The notes beneath the pieces are model-generated. The model saw only the letters and a program-made list of their open reading frames with translations. It made no database searches and was not told the origin of the DNA. From Tubiluchus corallicola (lineage: Eukaryota; Animalia; Priapulida), in NCBI GenBank assembly GCA_030141605.1, contig JAQGDQ010000209.1:62001-126000 (forward strand): a stretch of 64,000 bases of DNA. Reading direction: 5' to 3'. Every line of letters begins with the position of its first letter. The stretch's first letter is position 1. Below are positions 54,881-64,000 of the stretch, in pieces. The translations under genes and the position numbers were made by a program.

Positions 54881-54902
54881 AATGAATGAGTGAGTGAATG
54901 AA

Positions 54903-54993
<91 letters not shown>

Positions 54994-55048
54994 ATGAGTA
55001 CATGAACGAACGAACGAACGAACGAGCGAACGAACGAACGAACGAATG
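54880..55048. repeat. (GAAT)/(AAAT)n/(GAAC)n compound microsatellite
   Basis: Direct reading; abuts the truncated 5' end of the LINE. Confidence 0.95.
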
Positions 55049-56051
55049 AAAGTAATCTGAATTTTGAGCAGGGCGAATAGACGAACAAGCAATTTGACCA
55101 AGAGCACTGATGACTTTTAACGTCCAGCATGTGCTGCTACTGGTAGAATATAAACACTATCCCGCCACTCCAAGACGATAAAATCTTTACAAACTTATAA
55201 GAGTCATATCACTGACAGTGTCAACATCCCCTGCGGTGGCACCAGTCCTCGGAATAGCTTCTTATTGGCGTACTTCTCGCATTAGCTTCCAGTTGCAGCT
55301 ATCGTACGGTAACCCACCCACACTGAATTTCAAAATACACCACAGCAGGCGCCTACTTTGCGGATGTTGTTTGTGTTTTGACGCTTGACGATAAGTGACC
55401 AACGCGTAGGTCGACGCAACAACATTTTCAAGTTATAGCGCTTGTTCAATCTTCAAACTACAACGTTATAAACGTTTTTGTTTATATGAATTACTACCAT
55501 TACAATGTTGGTACTTCGCTCGCAAATTTAAAGGAGCTTTGACATATCATTGAACGGAAGTGGTGCTATCAAGCCACTGGTATAGCAGTGCCTAGTCTTT
55601 TGCTGGATTACTGCTGTGTTTACCTGTCTTCAGTGCGAATTTCTTTTGTTTTAGAATACAGTGTCTACAGTAACGTAACGGGCATGTGCTGTTGCTACTG
55701 CTGCTGATGATGAGGATGATGGCGACGACGACATATTCTGTTAAAGTAGCACATTCTTATACCTAAAAGGCTGATTATACTGACAGTTTTATGTAGCTTT
55801 TTGTCATCCGATATACTAACAAAAGTTTGCTCAAATCTCCCTATACTTACTAACCGTAAAATTATGTTGTCAACGGTCAACCTATGACCAACGTTCATAG
55901 ATGGTCAACCTTTTACTAGTCACTAGTCAGTAAGAACTAGTCAGCTGTTACGTAATCGTTTAGCTGGTCGGTCGGTAGCCAACCTTCTTGCCAGCATCAA
56001 TCAGTCCCTACAGTTAAACCACTGTTTATATATATATATATATCATAGCTC

Positions 56052-56171
56052 GGGGGGGGAGTAAACCCCTACCGGGCGCATCCCCCGGGTGGCGGATGGG
56101 GGACCCCTGGCTCACGAGCCAGGGTGCTCCGAATATTCAAATAAGGAGCTGTGGACCAAATCCTTCAGGAT
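56052..56171 (+). ncRNA. GC-rich multi-stem structured element, probably derived from an RTE-clade retrotransposon 5' region
   Basis: Stems TCCCCC/GGGGGA, CCCTGGCT/AGCCAGGG and GCTCC/GGAGC closed by CGCA/TGTG, plus flanking GGGG/CCCC and ATCC/GGAT hairpins. Confidence 0.5.
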
Positions 56172-56987
56172 AGACCTAGCAAGTCACTGAAGTACTTTTT
56201 GCTCAAGTAACTCATGGCGAACACAACTGTGTTCGCCGGCTGACAGATGAAAATCTACCAGGAGGATGGTGAGAAAGAATATATATATATAGAATAAGAA
56301 ACCCCAACCCCTTGAAGTCAACGCGAGTTTAGGTGACAAATTAGAATACGAAAACATGATAGACAACCACAGATAAGATCTAAAATAAATCAACCAATAT
56401 TATAGCCTCTAGCTTATCAGGCGTTTCATTTAAGCAAGCTAAAGCAATCGCATTGATAGCGAATATTCCTTTGAAGCCTTTATTTTACAGAGAAAATTCA
56501 GGTCAGTGCAGCCAGGCGTATAAGCCAATAAAGCAGTTAGAGTTAATATGGAAAATGCATGTAAAAGTACAAATGATGTTATCAGGATATAGAGAAAAAA
56601 GACAGAATAATTCAATGCGTGTGAAGTAGAGCTTTTCATGTTGCACTCTAGCCTTCCGTTAATCATGATAATTGAGCTTTGTTCCACTCAAAATAGCGTG
56701 TTTTCGTCATTTATCATCCAGGATTCATGGTGAACAGCTTTCTGCATGATTCAGAGACAGGGATACAGTTGTGGCAATAACGCATTCATTTTTATTAGCG
56801 CATTGACTGGGTGAGATTTTGCACTAAAATCCCCAGAGTATAAAATATGGCTGATTCATGCAATAACTGACGTGCTAATATAAAAATTTGAATAGCGTAT
56901 TTTATCAGATTATATATTCTAATAAACATAGCGTCTGCTTTCCGTTTGGGAGGTCGTGGATCGCTTCCGCGGCCAGATCATACCATA

Positions 56988-57280
56988 TGCTAGTCGCACA
57001 CTATCATAAAATTGTCTGCAACAAAATATAACTTTTGTATGAAGCAACCTGGTGTCAAGCAAAGTAGATCTAATACGTCACGCATTAAGCATTTACCATA
57101 TGACACGTGGCAAAATCATTGAATTTTTATGACTGATCTGAATTTCTATGCCGCAAATTATTGCACTGAGCCCGCACACGAGCAGGACTTTGATGTTGGA
57201 CACAAAAATTTAAGCATGGTTAACAAAAATCTGTGTCCGCTTATTGTGTCAGACAGATTTTGAATAGTGTGCGACTTGTA
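56988..57280. mobile_element. MITE family B
   Basis: TIRs AGTCGCACACTAT..AAA.TGTCTG / CAGACAGATTTTG.ATAGTGTGCGACT. Confidence 0.65.
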
Positions 57281-57283
57281 GTA

Positions 57284-57452
57284 AGTGGCGTTTACCAGAC
57301 ATCCCGAATGCGTTATGCGGATGCAGAATAGAAAAAAATCGGTTAACATTGTTTTCAATGCACCCGTTTATCAAACCTGCGTTATGCGTTATCTTTTCTG
57401 CAGCTATCTCTTCTGATTGATTTTTTATTCCGGATATCTGGTAAACGCCACT
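57284..57452. mobile_element. MITE family A copy 3 (inverted relative to copy 1)
   Basis: TIRs AGTGGCGTTTACCAGA / TCTGGTAAACGCCACT; internal attgttttcaatgcaccc is the reverse complement of copy 1. Confidence 0.8.
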
Positions 57453-60400
57453 TTAAACTAAAAGTGGTGCCTGCCTGGCGTGTGGCCTTAATGGGTAAGA
57501 GCGAGATTAGTTGTTGACCCTTACTTTCTTTTTAAATGATGACTACTAACTTTCATTATTTAATTTGATAAACTTTTCTGATAATTTTCTGATAAACTTA
57601 ACTATTCAATCACAATTTGCTAAATGTAAATGTTCAATGCATGCATGAACAGCGGTAATTGCAATGTCAATCTTTTTATAGTAGTTGTAGTTTTTGTGTG
57701 ATTTAGTGTTGTTATTGTTTGTTCGGTAATTTATATAAACATGTTTGAAATAAAATGTTAAATCAAATCAGTCAGTCAGATTATATAGATTATATACTCC
57801 GTGAATTCAATTTTGGGGCATAACCTACGCCTCTTGGTATTTAGGTACTGTAATAATATAATTACAATTATTAACAAAGTTATATCCAGAAGACAATAAG
57901 AGAAGCTATGTGAATGAATTATCAAACAGTATTATGCGCCTTGCTAATTGATGCACTTCATGCGTTAAAAAGGAAAGACATTCTTTTTTCAGCAGAGAAG
58001 AACTGCTATGTATGGCAAATCATATATGTGTGCGTTAAGTTGACGAGGTACTAAGAATAGGTTTGCTTACATTCTGATATTTACTGCCTAACATGCTTCG
58101 TTGTTTTTTTTTGTGGTTTTGTTTTTGTAAATCTGTCTATTTATATACTAACTAATTGAACTGTATGCACATGTCTGTTGTAAGTATTATCTTCGAGTAA
58201 GTGATAGGTAATAACAATAAATGTGCCACATCAAGCCCTAGTGTCCAATAATACATTGTTAGGTTATTAATGATTATTGAAAATCATTTCTGAGGAGCTT
58301 CCAACGCCTCCAATTTATACACCTCAGAATGGCAACTATAGTTTAAGGTTTAAATTTCTTATTTAGCTGATTTGCAAAAAACAGGCATCAAATTATATAT
58401 ACACGTAATAAGAATGACAATATTACATTACCGAGGATTAGTACAAACCAACCTCGGAATGAGGAGCGTAAGCTTTCGCGCTTCACACCGTAGTTGTGGC
58501 AAGCACCAGTGCAGAGGTAATCTCAAAGTTAGCGAATATGTCAAACAACAAAATATGAGTAAATGAGTAACAGTGGCACAAAATACGCATTAGTGCAAGT
58601 AAATTCAAACTGATGATACTAATGTTGTACAGCAAAATTTGGCTATTTAAAATAAAAATGATCAAAAATCTTCTTTTTGAACTGACGCAATAGGTAGTTT
58701 TTGGCAACATTGGGCATTTGTGCCCAGAGCTGAATGCTAGTATATGAAGGGTTACGATGATCATAATTAGTATGAATAGTAGCAGGATAGTAACTAGTAA
58801 GCGCGCTAGGAGTGTAATAACTACGAGTTTGTTGAACGGGTATTAAAAATTACGAAAAGCTGCAGGAAGTAGATTATGTAATATATTTATACATAAATAA
58901 TAAACTCCCGCAATCGTACAACAGTCACCTATCGGTGTATACCCCTGAAATGTGCGATGTAATGAAACCCTGGATGCAGTAATATTGACGTGCAAATTAG
59001 GACAACACCATCTGCATATGATGGCTAAAGAGTTCTTCATTGACAGTAATAGTTATGTCAAATAATGCAGGCAGGTGACTGTCTCTTGGTGACACAGTAA
59101 TAACTGATGGGTGGACACAATTACATGTTTGCATGGGACAGGGGTGGCATAAAACATGTAAAAGCCAGCATATTTGTCACTTAGTTAGACACGCACCGTT
59201 TGCTTCTGCAGTTACAGGAATCGGTCAAGGCAATAGGTTTGTAAATAATGCATTGTTAATAATGGTACTGATGTTAGCAGTGTAATTGTTTGTTAGATGA
59301 AGCTAGTGACGTTATGGTTCAATTATTCTGAACATGCTTAACCAGTTTTTGATTCGATGTATTCAAGCACTTCTGGTGAATCAGTCCTCGAGAAGAGGGT
59401 GATTGATGAATCCATTCCTACGTTTGCCTGTCATACACTAGCAACTAAATTTTATCATTATATGTATACTAAACGTTAAACATTAAAATACATACAGTTT
59501 TTTTCTTTAATCAAAATTGTGCTGCGTAAAAAATGAAACTGGATGTAAGAAAAATGAGTAATAAATATTATGATGATCGTAAAAACAATGACAGCAGTTA
59601 AAGGGTTATAATTTTTACAAAAACAATTTACAGTTGAGCATTACCCAAGCTTATAATTTACATTTGGCGCTAAATATCACTTTGGAACGCATAAAAGGTT
59701 TCGAATGCGAGTCTTATACATAAACTGTTCGATGGTCTTCTCCATTCAACAATCTGTTAATTTATATATACTGATATCACGATCTTATATTTGTGCAATT
59801 TTTCTGCAATTGTATTTTTATGTTAAAGGAATAAATGCAATACAATACAGTGCATGTAATGTTGACGAAGAAAATTGATGGTCCAGCAAAATTTTACTTG
59901 GAGTTTGAAACCCGGCTGCTTATGACCTATAATTGATGATAAAACTTCTCGCCTTTGCTCTACTTCAGACATAATTAACTACAGTCACTGTGTGAATGCA
60001 GAACAGTCTTTTGCAACAAGCTCTTACAGCAAACGCTTAATGGAAGTTAGATTTCACGTTTGATTAATCTTACGGCATCAATTTGGTTCATTAATTGCGA
60101 ATTATTTACATTGAAAGCTAAGTAATTAGATTTCGTCTAATTTTGTTTGTAAGTGATATTGAATTATTAAACAGTTTGTGTATGTATCTTCTTTGATACA
60201 AGGTCAAGACGGAGTCGATGGTGCTGCTAAATCAGAATATTGCTTATTACAGACTGTTTTTTTGCAATATAATCCTCGACGGTGCGCCTCTTGTTGGACA
60301 GAATTCACTATTTAACACAAATTGTTATAATAAGCCCTTTCACTGTTCCGGCGATAATGTACGTTTGACAAAGCGTCGCAGCATATGCTGTTGCAATGGT

Positions 60401-61034
60401 AACAGTTTTAACAGCGAGCTAGAATCTTATCTAGTTCATCTCTTCTTAAATACAAGCAAATTGCTGCTAGTAAATCACTCTGTCCACAGATTAATGCATA
60501 ATTAAGTAAAGAACACGTAAAGAAACTGAATTTACTGAACTGAAGCTGCCAACGGTTTTGCTTTACTCACATATCACATGACCCTTGCAGTTAAGACTCG
60601 CCGCTAGGTGAAAAGGCTTATTACTGTACTTGAATGAGATTTTATAAACCGAAAGATAAATACGACAGTAAAATTCAATACATAAGTTCACTCGAAACTA
60701 AGTCTTCTTTGTAAACTCGGTGACTGGTTAACCTGCCAGCTGCGTATTCCGGTTGAACTTCCGGTTCAATGGTGACTCGAAATAGTAATTACTGGATTCC
60801 ACAGCAGAAAAACTCCTTCAGTTACGTGTCATGCTGAGTTAATTGCTCGTATTTTCAGCACCATCTAAAGCAAATCCAGACTTTTTTCACGTGGAAGAAG
60901 CAAACAACCAGCCAACAACTGTTTGAAATTTGACATCATTGCACATTAGAAACACGTGTTTTGGAGAATGTAGTGAACTCTGCCCTAAAAATGACGCACC
61001 GTCGGAGATTATATATACAAATATGTATATATAA

Positions 61035-61059
61035 TCTCTCTCTCTCTTTCTCTCTCTCT

Positions 61060-61098
<39 letters not shown>

Positions 61099-61125
61099 GC
61101 TATATATTATATAGCGAGAGAGAGA
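61035..61125. repeat. (CT)n tract ending in a small inverted repeat
   Basis: TCTCTCTTTCGCTATATA-T-TATATAGCGAGAGAGAGA. Confidence 0.85.
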
Positions 61126-61464
61126 CGGAGTACAGCCGCATTTTAATTATTACCATAAATGGTAACATAAAGCCAAATTTATATTTCTAAGAAACTCTAT
61201 TGCAAAAAAATTCACTAGTGTACTTATATTGTGCAGTTTAACTGTTTCAAAGGTTCAGAAAAAATTGTTGAACTTCTTGTAAAACTATACTTTGTAACAA
61301 CAACGTCAAGAAAAACTTCAAAATATTTGCGCGTTTAACTGGTAGTAAAACATGACATTAGACAGCTGTGAAAATACTAGCTGAAACTGTTTAAAATTGA
61401 GTCAAAACTGAGTTTTTGTAGGTATTAAGTCTTGTAGGCAGTGGCAAAATAAAAAATAAAGAAA

Positions 61465-61960
61465 TCATAAAATAATAATAGTAATAAAATATATTTTATA
61501 AAGCGCCTAAAGAAATTAAGAAAATGTAAAACTAATAAGATAATTAAAAACTCTGCACAGAACACACAAATCTCCTACAATACAGACATTATGGTAAAAA
61601 AGGCATTACTGAAGTTTACAACAGTTGGAATTGATCATAATAATTTTAAAGAGATGTGTCTTCAAGCATTTTAATTTTTTTAAATAGTTGCACAGTAGAT
61701 AAGGTTCTGAGATTTTGAGGCAAGGGTTTCCAATATTTTGGTGCAATAGAAGAAAATCCAAGGTTGCCAAAAGTCTTTTTTCTATTAAAAGGCACCAAAA
61801 GTTCATTATGGGAAAATCTACTTGCCAGTGTGTCCCTATAGTAGTTGCGTTTATGTAACTTAGCAGGTAAGTAGACAGAAGAAAATCAGTGTAAAGCGTT
61901 GTATGTGAGAACTAACAGTTTATAAATACACCTAATTCTATTAAGTAACCTGTGCAAGTA
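61465..61960 (-). mobile_element. Decayed L2-clade LINE 3' fragment
   Basis: Minus-strand remnants LHRL..RIRCIYKLLVLTYNALH*FSSVYL, FSSIAPKYWKPLPQNLR and LKTHLFK match the L2 ORF2 C-terminus (LHWLP..RI.FK...TYKAL.G.AP.YL; APxLWNxLP; LKTHLF); 3' tail ggcgctttataaaat...tattattatt. Confidence 0.75.
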
Positions 61961-63714
61961 ACACATAGAAAAAGTAGTACTATTGATTGTACTATCCTGT
62001 ATACATTACCTGGAAACAATGCAAAATGTAGGCTTATAACATTGTCTAAACGCCGATGCAATCATATGATAATATCACTGTTGAATAGTGTTTATAATTA
62101 TAATGAGCATTGGGTAAACTTGGCGTAATTCTCCATGGATTAGCTACCCGTTTCTCATAATTTCTCACAGCATTATAATTTCACGGTCTTTAATTTACAA
62201 AGTAAATTTTTAATCCACAACAGGTGACAATGGATAAGCATCTTTTCCATCTACAAGTGCATTCACTTAATTAGACCATACAGAGAGGGCGTATATTTTT
62301 CTAATTAAAGCTACACATCGATGAGTCGCACACATTTTAGTGTGTTTGTCTAAGATAATAGCATTAACTCGCAGTAGCACGATCATGGACCAGACATTGT
62401 GTGCTGAGGTGATGAATAATAGCAAAGTGCCATAATTGAAGCAACGAAATGTGAAACGTGTTACGCTGGGCTTCTTTCATCTTGCTCGCAATTTAAACAG
62501 AGTTACGTGTTTGCTCTGGTAGAAATCAGGCCCCACGAGAAGCTGAGCTGCTAAAAAAATTAAATAAATTGATGATTTACTGAAGTTTACAAAGCGAACT
62601 ATATGCCCATAGGATCTCGATAATAGGGCTGTATTTCACTGTGCAAAAACTCAATTGAATTCCGTAACTCATGATTTAAGTCACTGTGATGCAAACGTCT
62701 GGTACTTTGCTATGTGGTAAGAACGTGGCATGGATGGCATAGCACGGTTAGGCAGGCACACCTAACATCTAATTGCCAATTTGGTTAATTTACTAACACT
62801 CCAATTCTAGTTAGTAGCCTATTAGTTTACAATTTTGAATCGCACGAGGACTTTAACTGTTTATGGCTAAACAGCTTTTAAATTAACTAGCCAAGAAATT
62901 TAATTTTACAAGTGCAAAAACACAGTTTTAAAATTATCGCTTATTTCTTTTAAACACAATTACAAAGGCGCAGTAGATTAAAAAGTTAAGGTTGAACAGA
63001 ATAAAGTGAGTTCAACATTAACTTCATTTAGGGGCAGCACAGTATCTGTAAACGCTTTAGCACGGCATAATGTAAGAAAGAGCATTGCCAGACAAGAAAG
63101 AGAAAGAATTATGAGGAAAATAAACAGCAGAAACTTTCCCACCCAAGCGCATCTACTCAACCACTCATTCCCTCACTTACTCAATACTTAGTGTTACTGT
63201 TCTCATGCTTCTTTCACATTTATTACGGTAAATCACGTTTAACATGTGTGAATCATCAGCTCTTAGTTAGAATAAAAGTGCATAAAGGACCAACGAGCGA
63301 GCAAAAACAACGCGATTTTTGTTAAATTTTAGCATCTCCCGAGACTATTGATTCAAAATTAAAACGCATTAAATGCACAGGAAGGCAGCACGCATTATGG
63401 CTGGCAATATAATATAAGTCTCATGTGCATGTAAATGGAATCCAGCGTGATCAATTACCTTGTATTTGAACTGTGGCTTTTAATGTCTCGAAGCTTTAAT
63501 CAAACAGGGTGAAAAATGAACCAAATAACAGTGCACAGCAATTGGACGATTACGGTAATTTAAGAAAAATTGCGCGGTCGTAGGCTTAGTTCATTCAACG
63601 GTGACCTTACTGGTAATTGACACACTTACTGCATAGTTTATAAATTATTATTCCATGACTATTACAGTGATTACAACAGTACTAGCAAAAAATATCACCA
63701 CCGAGGCTGCCGTC

Positions 63715-63803
63715 ACTACCACCAGCATGAGCAATAACAACAGCATCAACAGCAACACCAGCAACAACAGCAACAACATCAACAGCAGCAGCTGCAGCAA
63801 CAA
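63715..63803. repeat. Degenerate (CAA/CAG)n tract
   Basis: Direct reading. Confidence 0.8.
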
Positions 63804-64000
63804 CTCTTTATAAAATAGAATATTACAGACAAATTTAATGAATTACTCAAAATAATGTCTTTCTCTTAAATTTTAGGTCAACAAAACTAAAATCGTGTCT
63901 ATATTCATAAAACCCAATTCCCTGTTTACCGTTCATTTAATCAAAGATATTGCGCATTAATAATTACCCGCAGTTTTGTATTTACTACTTCTTTAAGCAA

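Larger units (their letters stand above)
56930..57510 (+). mobile_element. Second copy of the tRNA-derived SINE, interrupted by two MITEs
   Basis: 5' half ggaggtcgtg...gatcataccata (to ~56987) and 3' half taaaagtggtgcctgcctggcg (from ~57459) align with 45775-45852. Confidence 0.6.

Noticed and set aside
62978-63160. Hydrophobic 60-aa ORF resembling a signal peptide
   Set aside because: Non-ATG start, T-rich intron-like composition, no compatible donor linked to a gene

Overview
This is AT-rich, intron-containing, microsatellite-rich animal (invertebrate-like) genomic DNA, not prokaryotic, so most ORF-track entries are artefacts. Manual exon reading gives four protein-coding genes. (1) The terminal exon of a Cys-rich antistasin-like protein with a hydrophobic C-terminus (+, 1522-1922). 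(2) An 8-exon NCAM/Fasciclin-2-like IgSF gene, 3 Ig + 1 FN3 + GPI-type tail (+, 16655-21923; signal exon not found). (3) A single-coding-exon carbohydrate sulfotransferase of the CHST8-14/HNK-1ST family (-, 25838-26842). (4) A Beat-like two-Ig gene (-, 31764-42984) whose last intron carries two candidate stop-containing cassette exons that could switch it between GPI-anchored and secreted forms. The rest holds decayed LINEs (RTE-X-like, L2-like), tRNA-derived SINEs, several MITE families (including a nested SINE/MITE stack), long microsatellites, an AT-rich palindrome and a GC-rich multi-stem RNA-like element at ~56.05-56.17 kb. All family assignments are from motif recognition, not database searches.
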